A stretch of 57,706 nucleotides of DNA from IMG/VR virus record IMGVR_UViG_3300048014_000022; one strand, written 5' to 3'. Made by a program: the position numbers and the translations under genes. Positions within the stretch are counted from its first letter, which is position 1. Every line of letters begins with the position of its first letter. This DNA is from a virus. The notes under the pieces were generated by a model. That model made no database searches. It saw only the letters and a list, made by a program, of their open reading frames with translations, and was not told the origin of the DNA. Positions 45,643 through 53,047 of this stretch are shown piece after piece.

Positions 45643-45730
45643 GATTACTCTCCTTGGGGATCACTGCACCATGCAGTGAACTCGCGGCCATCCTGGCGGC
45701 GACATATCAGAGAGTATGTAGTAACAACCC

Positions 45731-45907
45731 TTATCCCTTTGTAGGGACCGTCTGTCGGACTGTATTGTTAAATTGGCTCTCGCGCTTGAAGAACGAGAAC
45801 AAACCATACAACACCACGGGCTTGGCGGGCAGCTTAGAGTAAGGCACCAACCGCTCTCGCTCGCTCAACACATCTGCTGGTCGAAGCTTGGTTTCACTCA
45901 CTTCCAT
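45731..45907 (-). CDS. Hypothetical small protein
   Basis: It is 58 aa from ATG 45907, which overlaps the stop of the upstream 40-aa ORF. Confidence 0.45.
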   Translation of the reverse strand: MEVSETKLRPADVLSERERLVPYSKLPAKPVVLYGLFSFFKRESQFNNTVRQTVPTKG

Positions 45908-46020
45908 TTTCTCCAGTAGTAAAAATTCAGCGCGAGTAAAATCACCGCGCCGACGCCCACTACCCAGAAGCATTTGACCAGTGCTTCGTGAATGAGTTGA
46001 ATCTTGTCTAGGTCAGTCAT
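45898..46020 (-). CDS. Small membrane peptide (40 aa, not in the ORF track)
   Basis: An AGGAGA RBS lies 4 nt upstream of ATG 46020. The sequence is 'MTDLDKIQLIHEALVKCFWVVGVGAVILLALNFYYWRKWK'. Confidence 0.5.
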   Translation of the reverse strand: MTDLDKIQLIHEALVKCFWVVGVGAVILLALNFYYWRKWK

Positions 46021-46095
46021 AATGTCTCCTATGGTTGACAAATCAACATGGTCGTCGCAACCGACGTGGGCTTTTGGTTTTCCGGTCCCGACCGT

Positions 46096-46117
46096 TCGTT
46101 GTCGCTTCGTTGTCGCT
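46096..46117. repeat. Tandem 11-mer TCGTTGTCGCT x2 inside a 390-bp non-coding island
   Basis: Read directly from the sequence. Confidence 0.85.
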
Positions 46118-46413
46118 CACCGCTTTTGAGTTCGGCTTTACACGGAGTTGTATGGGGATATGTCGCTGCTCGCCGCGTTCGGTTTGTCAGCAACTCACCT
46201 TGGCATTCATAACTCCAGACGTTCGTTGGTGCTTGTCCTCCTGTTTACCTTTGCTCCACTCAGCAACCTGCACAGTGCACTATGCGGGCTCGGTCTATTG
46301 ACGACCATTCGAAGATGGCACTGGCATGGGCTGACGCGCCAGCCGCTTCCGAAGAACAATACCAATGCCATCATCGAATGGTGCCGGATTATAAACCCAT
46401 CCGGCGAGGGATT

Positions 46414-46869
46414 TTAATTAATCAAGTCCGATCCGGGTGCCGTGAAGCTCCCAGGCACGCGCTCGGGTTCGTAGGCTGCATCGTCCCAGACTTCTGGGGG
46501 CATGAGCTTTTCGAATGCGTCTATGTCCAAAAACAAGAACGGCGTATTAGGAAGCTTGATCGCGCACATGTCTTGCAACTGGTCGCGTTTCATCAATGCC
46601 ACGCGGCCGGTCCGGTGTGCGCCATCGATGCTTACTTTGTTGCCACTTTCGTCTTTGTCTGACTTCGATGCGTCGATCTCGATCAGTCCGATCATGCCGT
46701 CACGCTCGGTCGCGAGCTTGTGTTCTTCACATATGCCCCAGCCCGTACAGGTGTTCTCGTCGAACGTGTTCTGTAAACGCCTATCCAACAAGATCGCGCC
46801 AGTGGAGTATTCCAGCCCGCATATTACGCAGGCTTTGGTCTCCATGGTCACAAAGCTTTTCTCAGTCAT
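46414..46869 (-). CDS. Hypothetical Cys-rich (probably Zn-binding) protein
   Basis: It is 151 aa and contains 'CVICG...CTGWGICEEH'. It has an ATGA overlap with the upstream Gly-X ORF. Confidence 0.6.
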   Translation of the reverse strand: MTEKSFVTMETKACVICGLEYSTGAILLDRRLQNTFDENTCTGWGICEEHKLATERDGMIGLIEIDASKSDKDESGNKVSIDGAHRTGRVALMKRDQLQDMCAIKLPNTPFLFLDIDAFEKLMPPEVWDDAAYEPERVPGSFTAPGSDLIN

Positions 46870-47162
46870 GGTGTCACCAGTAGTTTGAGAAGATAATCGT
46901 AAGTGAAATAACAGTCGTCGCCGTCGCCGTGGCCGTAGCCGTGGCCGTTGCCGTAGCCGTAGCCGTCGCCGTGGCCGTTGCCGTAACCGTTGCCGTCGCC
47001 GTGGCCGTTGCCGTTGCCGTAGCCGTAGCCGTGGCCGTCGCCGTAGCCATGGCCGTGGCCGTAGCCGTGGCCGTCGCCACGGCCGTAGCCGTCGCCGTGG
47101 CCGTAGCCGTCGCCGTGGCCGTTGCCGTCGTAAAAACCGACGCCTAGAGGATTTTGGACCAT
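46866..47162 (-). CDS. Low-complexity (Gly-X)n protein, where X is His, Tyr, Asp or Asn
   Basis: It is 98 aa, 'GNGHGDGYGHGDGYGRGDGHGYGHGHGYGDG...'. This frame is the one translationally coupled (ATGA) to the downstream gene, and it has non-repeat N- and C-termini. Confidence 0.55.
   Translation of the reverse strand: MVQNPLGVGFYDGNGHGDGYGHGDGYGRGDGHGYGHGHGYGDGHGYGYGNGNGHGDGNGYGNGHGDGYGYGNGHGYGHGDGDDCYFTYDYLLKLLVTP
46915..47130. repeat. Hexanucleotide microsatellite (GCC GTN)n, about 36 units
   Basis: Read directly. Essentially only the sixth base of each unit varies. Confidence 0.9.
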
Positions 47163-47443
47163 GCTTTATCGTCGCACTCGATCATGAAGTGTAGATGGCT
47201 GCGCTCCACATAGGCAACGCCCAATTTGTCCAAGACGGTTGTTTCCGTGGGGCCGTTCAATGCAAGCTGCCCGATACCTTTGTCAGTGCCCCAGACGCGC
47301 ACCACATGGGCTCTCTGAAGCTCGATGTTTTTCTCCCCCACAAAAGGCTCGCCCACTAATACCCAACCCGCTTCGACGACCAGAATGTTTATCCGGCTCG
47401 TGGTGACAAAGCTCTTGTCACGAGTATCGGTTGTCTTGGTCAT
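47144..47443 (-). CDS. Hypothetical protein
   Basis: It is 99 aa with ordinary composition. Confidence 0.6.
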   Translation of the reverse strand: MTKTTDTRDKSFVTTSRINILVVEAGWVLVGEPFVGEKNIELQRAHVVRVWGTDKGIGQLALNGPTETTVLDKLGVAYVERSHLHFMIECDDKAWSKIL

Positions 47444-47588
47444 CGCGCATTGCCTCTTTGGTGATTCGCTTCAAGTCGTCTTCGGTCATGGGACTGGGTG
47501 CCAGCCATGATACTAGCGCCGCTGCGACGGCGGCACCACATGCGAAGGCGAACCAGAAAATCTGGGCGCTGGATAATTCATGGAACAT
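47418..47588 (-). CDS. Small membrane protein (56 aa)
   Basis: ATG 47588 follows a CAAGGAGA RBS. 'IFWFAFACGAAVAAALVSWLA' is a TM segment. Confidence 0.5.
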   Translation of the reverse strand: MFHELSSAQIFWFAFACGAAVAAALVSWLAPSPMTEDDLKRITKEAMRDDQDNRYS

Positions 47589-47590
47589 TG

Positions 47591-47758
47591 CTATTCTCCT
47601 TGTAGAACTTTGATGCGCCACCGCCCCGACTCGTCGTGGGATAACAGGCAGTCGCTTACAAACTCGGCGATTTCTTGGCGTGTGCCTTCGAACTCGCGCT
47701 CGTCTGATTGAAGACGATCTTGTTGGTCCCACCACGTACTTGTCACCAAGACTTTCAT
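47591..47758 (-). CDS. Small acidic protein (55 aa, not in the ORF track)
   Basis: ATG 47758 follows a CAGGAGA RBS. The sequence begins 'MKVLVTSTWWDQQDRLQSDEREFEGTRQEIAEF...'. Confidence 0.5.
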   Translation of the reverse strand: MKVLVTSTWWDQQDRLQSDEREFEGTRQEIAEFVSDCLLSHDESGRWRIKVLQGE

Positions 47759-47929
47759 GTAGATCTCCTGTTATATTTGCAGCCCTCGCATTGACATGCT
47801 CGGGGCTGCGCTTTTCGCTTTGAAGATCGCACTGGCCTGGATGGGGACGCTGGTAACGGACTGACGCGGGCTTCACACGTCCGACGCCGTCTTGAACTCC
47901 CGTCCGAGAGCCAGGGCAGTGCGATCATC

Positions 47930-47971
47930 AAAACAAAAAAGCCCGCGCAGAGATTTATTCTCTGCGCGGGC
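47930..47971 (-). terminator. Rho-independent terminator on the leftward strand
   Basis: On the minus strand the stem is GCCCGCGCAGAGA / TCTCTGCGCGGGC with a 5-nt loop, followed by TTTTTTGTTTT. It lies 42 nt downstream of the stop at 48013. Confidence 0.78.
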
Positions 47972-48012
47972 TGGTAAATTATCACCGCTCGCCATGACTG
48001 GCTCGTCGGTGA

Positions 48013-48399
48013 TTACAAAATCTTCCAGCCGTACACGATCACGCCTAGAGACGCGACGATTACTACGGTGCGCCAGTGAGCATCTACCCAAGTTTTGACT
48101 TTTTGATAGTCAGTCTGAGCCGTCAATAAGAATTGCGGCTCAGTACTGACCGGGGCGGGCTGAGCGGGCTGTGCCTTGGTAATCAAAGCCTGAGCCGCTG
48201 TGATCTCGGCTGTGTGCGCCGCGACGCTGGTCTTGTGGACTTGGATATGCGCATCCAATGCCTGGATGATCTTGGTCTTGTCGGCTTGGGCCGCCGCTGC
48301 CGCAGCGGCAACTTTGGCGTCCGCTGCCGCAATAAGCTTGTCGGCTTGGGAAACTAGGTCGGAACCTAGCTGGCCCGCGTCTTGAGTGATTGTTGCCAT
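48013..48399 (-). CDS. Tail-anchored coiled-coil protein
   Basis: It is about 128 aa from ATG 48399, though the start is uncertain. It has an Ala/Gln-rich helix and a C-terminal TM segment, 'WRTVVIVASLGVIVYGW'. Confidence 0.5.
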   Translation of the reverse strand: MATITQDAGQLGSDLVSQADKLIAAADAKVAAAAAAAQADKTKIIQALDAHIQVHKTSVAAHTAEITAAQALITKAQPAQPAPVSTEPQFLLTAQTDYQKVKTWVDAHWRTVVIVASLGVIVYGWKIL

Positions 48400-48512
48400 G
48401 ATGTTGGTACCTGTGTTTGATCGTTCACGGGAAGCCCGCATTGGTAATCTAGCATTGCTCGCGCTTTCGCGCTCATCAAAGCTGGACATACATACATACC
48501 ATGCTTATCCGG

Positions 48513-49205
<693 letters not shown>

Positions 49206-49275
49206 ACGATTTTCAGTCTCCTTTCAGTCTCCGGGTTTGGTCGTTAGGAATCACGATACGCCATCGCGGCCATGA

Positions 49276-49500
49276 TTACTCCGCCTGACGACGCAGGAGC
49301 GCCGGTGTGCTGGTGTCCCACTGGAAGCCGGGCTGAGAGATTTGGTTGGCTCTGCGGGCTGCCAATGCGGCCCTGATGTGTGCCTCTGCTGCTTGTAACT
49401 CCGCGTCTTGCGGGTCCAGTTCCAGAGAGACTTGATCATGAACGGGAGGCAGGTAGCTTAAGGGCTGTTGATCAAACCAGGATCTTGGTCGGGATCGCAT
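49276..49500 (-). CDS. Hypothetical protein
   Basis: It is 74 aa from ATG 49500, after an AAGGAA RBS. Confidence 0.45.
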   Translation of the reverse strand: MRSRPRSWFDQQPLSYLPPVHDQVSLELDPQDAELQAAEAHIRAALAARRANQISQPGFQWDTSTPALLRRQAE

Positions 49501-49504
49501 GGAA

Positions 49505-49768
49505 TTATTCCTTGGTTGTGTTGTACGGCTGTCGCTTGTATTTGCTGGCTTCGCGGTCGGCCCAATAGCGATCATGGATTTCTTGCATGACTGCCAGCCG
49601 TTCGGTCAAGCCCAAAAGGATACGCTCACGCTCTTGGTAAGAACGAGTGCCTGGTTGAGTGCGTTCTAAGCGTCGCTGCGCTGCTGCTATCCGCATGACT
49701 ATGCGATCAAGAGCCTTGCGATTGAACCGCGAGTAGGGGATATAGCCTTCGATGTGCCCTTTGATCAA
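49505..49768 (-). CDS. Hypothetical basic protein
   Basis: It is 87 aa with a TTG start after GAGG. It is the first gene to the left of the AT-rich repeat region. Confidence 0.5.
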   Translation of the reverse strand: MIKGHIEGYIPYSRFNRKALDRIVMRIAAAQRRLERTQPGTRSYQERERILLGLTERLAVMQEIHDRYWADREASKYKRQPYNTTKE

Positions 49769-49783
49769 AATTCTTGCCTCATG

Positions 49784-50095
49784 GGGTACAGGAAAGGGTA
49801 CGCTGTTTTACGTACCGACAATATCTTCAAATAAGCCTAGTGTCAAGCTGATTTGAAGATTTGATTTTTGAGCGGGCTGAGCGGGCTTGTTTGTACCCTT
49901 TAATCCAGAGGGCAAAGTCAAAATGGTCGCTGCGCGATTAGCCCCGGTGCCTAGCGCGCCCAGCCCGCTGCGAGTCAAGTTCGCTGCAGTGCAGCACGGC
50001 TAACCATTTGCCATTTATATATAGAGTACAAAGGGTACAAAGGGTATATATATATAAAATATATAGTAAATCAATAACTTAGACGCGTACCCTTT
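49784..50095. promoter_or_regulatory. Cluster of AAAGGGTAC / GTACCCTTT 9-mers flanking an AT-rich core. It is a candidate origin or operator/promoter hub.
   Basis: The forward copies are at 49793-49801, 50030-50038 and 50039-50047. The inverted copies are at 49893-49901 and 50087-50095. The AT-rich tract lies at about 50013-50080. Confidence 0.5.
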
Positions 50096-50175
50096 CGCGT
50101 GCGCCTTGTCCCCCTTGGCATTTGGGCAGCCCGCCGGGTTAATTGTCCCCAACATGCTCACAAGACTATGTGGAT

Positions 50176-50226
50176 AGCCCGCGCAGGGAATTCGGTGACA
50201 GGATAGTCCTGCACCCTGCGCGGGCT
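50176..50226. repeat. 51-bp GC-rich hairpin element, copy 1 (identical to 51049-51099)
   Basis: The stem AGCCCGCGCAGGG / CCCTGCGCGGGCT encloses a second hairpin, CAGGA-tag-TCCTG. It is flanked by the complementary pair TATGTG and CACATA. Confidence 0.85.
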
Positions 50227-50248
50227 AGGTCACATAACCCTGGTAGGA

Positions 50249-50749
50249 TTACGCGGCTTCGCGGGCAAAAGCGACCAGCTTGCTCGCCAATGCCGCCGCT
50301 TCCGGCGCAACCTTGGGAGAGCCGTCTTTGTTGACCGTATTGTCGGTCGCCTTTTTCTCCAACATCTTGACCAATAGCGCAACCGTCAGAGTCGTGGGTT
50401 CCGGCTCCTTCGTGAAGTCGCCAAACGTCACGGCCATTGCGCCGATAATGTCAAAGTCCTCGGCAGTGCGATCCTTCGCCAACTCGGCGACCCATGCCTT
50501 GGACTTGCTGTCCAAGCGCGCGATCAGCTTCTTGTTGGAGAAGTGCGAGACCCACGCCACGATTGCCTGCTTACGGACGCCATTCGGCAGACCATTGAGC
50601 AGCGGCAGGATCGCGGTGTAATCACCGTGGTCCTTCGTGTGCGACAGGATCGAGCACAGCACCACATGAAGCTCTGAGTCAACCTTGCCCGCGACTCGGA
50701 CAATACGGGCGACTTTCGAACCGATCTGTGACTGTGAATACAAGTTCAT
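50249..50749 (-). CDS. Hypothetical early protein
   Basis: It is 166 aa with an AAGGAG RBS. It is the first sizeable gene of the leftward arm. Confidence 0.62.
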   Translation of the reverse strand: MNLYSQSQIGSKVARIVRVAGKVDSELHVVLCSILSHTKDHGDYTAILPLLNGLPNGVRKQAIVAWVSHFSNKKLIARLDSKSKAWVAELAKDRTAEDFDIIGAMAVTFGDFTKEPEPTTLTVALLVKMLEKKATDNTVNKDGSPKVAPEAAALASKLVAFAREAA

Positions 50750-50801
50750 AGTAATAACTCCTTGGGGATGATGTTTAACTCAACTACTCAGATAAACCGC
50801 G

Positions 50802-50828
50802 CAGCCCGCTTGGGTATCAAGCGGGCTG
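50802..50828 (-). other. Stem-loop CAGCCCGCTTG / CAAGCGGGCTG between the two leftward ORFs
   Basis: It is an 11-bp stem with a 5-nt loop. Only a weak U-run follows on the minus strand, so the terminator call is uncertain. Confidence 0.35.
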
Positions 50829-50834
50829 ATCGCT

Positions 50835-51017
50835 TTACCCGCGTATGCTCCGGGTGTTGCGGACACGCGGATCGGGAATCCGCATTTGCTGATCCCAGTT
50901 ACCGGGTCCGCCGGACATATTCGCTACGCGCTCGGTCAGACTCAGAGACTTGGGGACAGCGAAGCACCGATTGCCTTTGATATAAACTTGCTTGCCTTGA
51001 ACTTCGATGGTTTTCAT
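50835..51017 (-). CDS. Small hypothetical protein (60 aa)
   Basis: ATG 51017 follows a GAGG RBS. The sequence begins 'MKTIEVQGKQVYIKGNRCFAV...'. The longer ORF-track version (to 51395) crosses the hairpin element and is unlikely. Confidence 0.45.
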   Translation of the reverse strand: MKTIEVQGKQVYIKGNRCFAVPKSLSLTERVANMSGGPGNWDQQMRIPDPRVRNTRSIRG

Positions 51018-51048
51018 GTTGCCTCGTGTTGTCAGGGTTGATCCATCA

Positions 51049-51099
51049 AGCCCGCGCAGGGAATTCGGTGACAGGATAGTCCTGCACCCTGCGCGGGCT
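51049..51099. repeat. 51-bp GC-rich hairpin element, copy 2
   Basis: It is identical to 50176-50226. Here it is flanked by the complementary pair GGGTTGATCC (51035-51044) and GGATCAACCC (51104-51113). Confidence 0.85.
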
Positions 51100-51493
51100 T
51101 GAGGGATCAACCCCAAGGTTACGTTTGTGTGCTTAGAGGCCGTAGGGCAGACTAGCTGTGTGACAGCAGCCCTTTCGTTACTCACGCGCGCTTTCTGTAG
51201 CCGTATGTTCTCGGAGCCTTCACAAGACAAGACTTGCGCCCTGTCCATTCCAGCATTCCCGCACACGGTCCTAGCGCGACCGGCATAATCGCAGCGACCA
51301 GGGGCGACACTCTGAGTGTCCCGACGTTCTTCGCCACACTTGAGGAATCGCTGTCGACGCCTCCAACTATTGGGATTTTTGCCATGATTTGACATAAGGC
51401 ATGGGTGCCTGGACCGAGGGGGAGGGGGCGGCTGGCCGCTTTATCGGTGTCACACATAATTTCTCTCTCAAAACACTTAGACATAACGTATGT

Positions 51494-51587
51494 ATAAGCC
51501 CGCCGGAGGGTCAAGCCCGCCGAAGGGTCAAGCCCGCCGAAGGGTCAAGCCCGCCGAAGGGTCAAGCCCGCCGAAGGGTCAAGCCCG
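51494..51587. repeat. 17-bp iteron array: four perfect head-to-tail copies of TCAAGCCCGCCGAAGGG, plus a degenerate 5' copy and a 3' half copy
   Basis: The perfect copies start at 51511, 51528, 51545 and 51562. The array ends about 60 nt upstream of the first rightward gene. Confidence 0.92.
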
Positions 51588-51648
51588 TATAGACATCAAA
51601 CCCGCTCGGACTTACACTCGCGTAATCACATCAGGAGCGCGCGGCATC

Positions 51649-52068
51649 ATGGGCAAGATCATCCCCGGCGTAGTGCCGCAAACAAAAGGCGCGCACATCA
51701 AAATTTTTACCCACCAAGAATTAACCCCCTTGGGAAAAATTCCTGAACCCGAACAACCCCCTGTCCCCATACCCGTGGTGATACCGAAGCCTGTGAGCCA
51801 AGCCCCAAAAACCCCCAAAATTTTTGCGAGTTCAAACCAGACCACCATGACCAAGCCAGCAACCACGACCGAACCTGCTCCGCAGATCCCCGAAGAAGCG
51901 CTCGCGCTGCTTGCCGTTGCGGGCTCGACGATCCAGTGGACGGGTCGGGGCTGGGCGCTCCGGACTCCCACTGGCAAGGTTTGGGCCGTCAGCGCTCGGG
52001 ATAACTCTTTCGACAAGTGGCGGGCGACCCTTGTTACGGTGCTTGGACCGGGCAACGGCCGGGCTTGA
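51649..52068 (+). CDS. Hypothetical protein (paralogue family member 1)
   Basis: It is 139 aa from ATG 51649, after an AGGAG. The ORF-track start at 51490 lies within the iterons and is unlikely. Confidence 0.58.
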   Translation: MGKIIPGVVPQTKGAHIKIFTHQELTPLGKIPEPEQPPVPIPVVIPKPVSQAPKTPKIFASSNQTTMTKPATTTEPAPQIPEEALALLAVAGSTIQWTGRGWALRTPTGKVWAVSARDNSFDKWRATLVTVLGPGNGRA

Positions 52069-52093
52069 AGATTTGGGTCTGGTACCATACAGT
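52065..52093 (+). promoter_or_regulatory. Candidate sigma70-type promoter: TTGAAG, a 17-nt spacer, then TACAGT
   Basis: The hexamers were read directly. The site lies 50 nt upstream of the secreted-peptide gene. It is not supported by anything else. Confidence 0.3.
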
Positions 52094-52142
52094 CCTACAC
52101 GTACGTACAACCTCTGTTTCTTTACCTATAGGTGACACTGAC

Positions 52143-52352
52143 ATGACTTACTTCAAGAAGATTCTTTTGGCGCTCGGCCTGGCGGCCGGCCTCGCGGGCG
52201 TTGCCAATGTGGCGACGGCGCAGAACGCCGACGTGGGCGTGAACCAGAACGGCCTGCAAGGCTTCCCGGGCTTGGACATTGCTCTTGGCACCACGGCCTC
52301 CGGTGCCATCACCGCTGCCGACGTGTTGCTCTACGCAGTCCAAGGGTTCTGA
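52143..52352 (+). CDS. Small secreted protein (69-aa precursor)
   Basis: The signal peptide is 'MTYFKKILLALGLAAGLAGVANVATA|QN'. It has a GGTGA RBS and its own terminator. Confidence 0.6.
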   Translation: MTYFKKILLALGLAAGLAGVANVATAQNADVGVNQNGLQGFPGLDIALGTTASGAITAADVLLYAVQGF

Positions 52353-52381
52353 TCCGGCTTTCGCTGTCAGTCTCCCTCAGA

Positions 52382-52408
52382 CCCCGCCCTAAACCAGCGG
52401 GGTTTTTT
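52382..52408 (+). terminator. Rho-independent terminator
   Basis: The stem CCCCGC / GCGGGG has a 9-nt loop and is followed by TTTTTT. Confidence 0.8.
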
Positions 52409-52412
52409 CTGC

Positions 52413-52688
52413 ATGTACGATCTGTTATACATACGTTATGATCTGCGGATGCCAAGCCTACGGCTGTACAATTTTCTCAAACACGACTTTCCAGAGGGGA
52501 TCCCAGAACTTCTGGACCTGCTGGGGTTCGTGGCGCTCTGGGACCGGCGCACGCGGCGCTGGCAGATCTACCAGGATAATAATCGGCCGGCGCGTTTGAA
52601 GTGGAACTTTCAGGAGTTCGCGGGCGGCAGCACGGAAGACTGGCAAAGGTTCTTGAGTTCGATCACCAGTACCGAGTATCTGCTATGA
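52413..52688 (+). CDS. Hypothetical protein (paralogue family member 2, divergent)
   Basis: It is 91 aa with no SD. It starts 5 nt after the terminator U-run. Confidence 0.45.
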   Translation: MYDLLYIRYDLRMPSLRLYNFLKHDFPEGIPELLDLLGFVALWDRRTRRWQIYQDNNRPARLKWNFQEFAGGSTEDWQRFLSSITSTEYLL

Positions 52689-53047
52689 GCCGACTGTGCG
52701 GTTTAAATCCAGAGATCGACTACACGCCTGTCAAGTGGGCAATAACAAAACGTCCTACAGTTGCGGTACCAGGAGCCACGGAGAATATAACTTTGACGGC
52801 ATACGAGAGCCTGACAGACGAAGACCGGGCCATACTGATTTTGTTGGGCGCGGCCTGCATGTATAGCTTGGTGCGACAGGTGTGGGTGATCCAATTCAAG
52901 TGGAAAGGGCAAGCGATTTACTGCGCTTACAGTATTCGAGGAAATACGTCCCTGAAAGAGTATCTCGGGTATTTCATGGACTGGGGCGTGTTCCCGGCCC
53001 AAAAGTTTAATTTTGAAGGAGTAATTCATGGCTCAGAAAATTGGTAA
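52685..53047 (+). CDS. Hypothetical protein (paralogue family member 3)
   Basis: It is 120 aa from ATG 52685, with an ATGA overlap. Confidence 0.58.
   Translation: MSRLCGLNPEIDYTPVKWAITKRPTVAVPGATENITLTAYESLTDEDRAILILLGAACMYSLVRQVWVIQFKWKGQAIYCAYSIRGNTSLKEYLGYFMDWGVFPAQKFNFEGVIHGSENW

Noticed and set aside
51182-51514. A 110-aa minus-strand ORF, or a 67-aa version from ATG 51385, in the divergent control region.
   Set aside because: It has no Shine-Dalgarno and only intermediate third-position GC, and it overlaps the iteron edge. It cannot be distinguished from a chance ORF and was left unannotated.
51494-51587. The possibility that the direct-repeat array is a CRISPR array.
   Set aside because: The repeats are contiguous with no spacers, are only 17 bp long, and no cas genes are present.
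51401-51648. The plus-strand ORFs 51401..51592 and the 5' part of 51490..52068, which translate the iterons as 'KPAEGSSPPKGQARRRV' repeats.
   Set aside because: The 17-bp period is out of phase with codons, so the apparent 17-residue (51-nt) periodicity is a by-product. There is no RBS. A good AGGAG-ATG start exists at 51649.
52129-52139. TAGGTGACACT, an 11-nt match to the core of the SP6 RNA polymerase promoter, upstream of the secreted-peptide gene.
   Set aside because: No single-subunit RNA polymerase gene is present. The only similar string (GGTGACAC at about 18150) also sits just before a start codon. GGTGA is therefore most simply the Shine-Dalgarno sequence.
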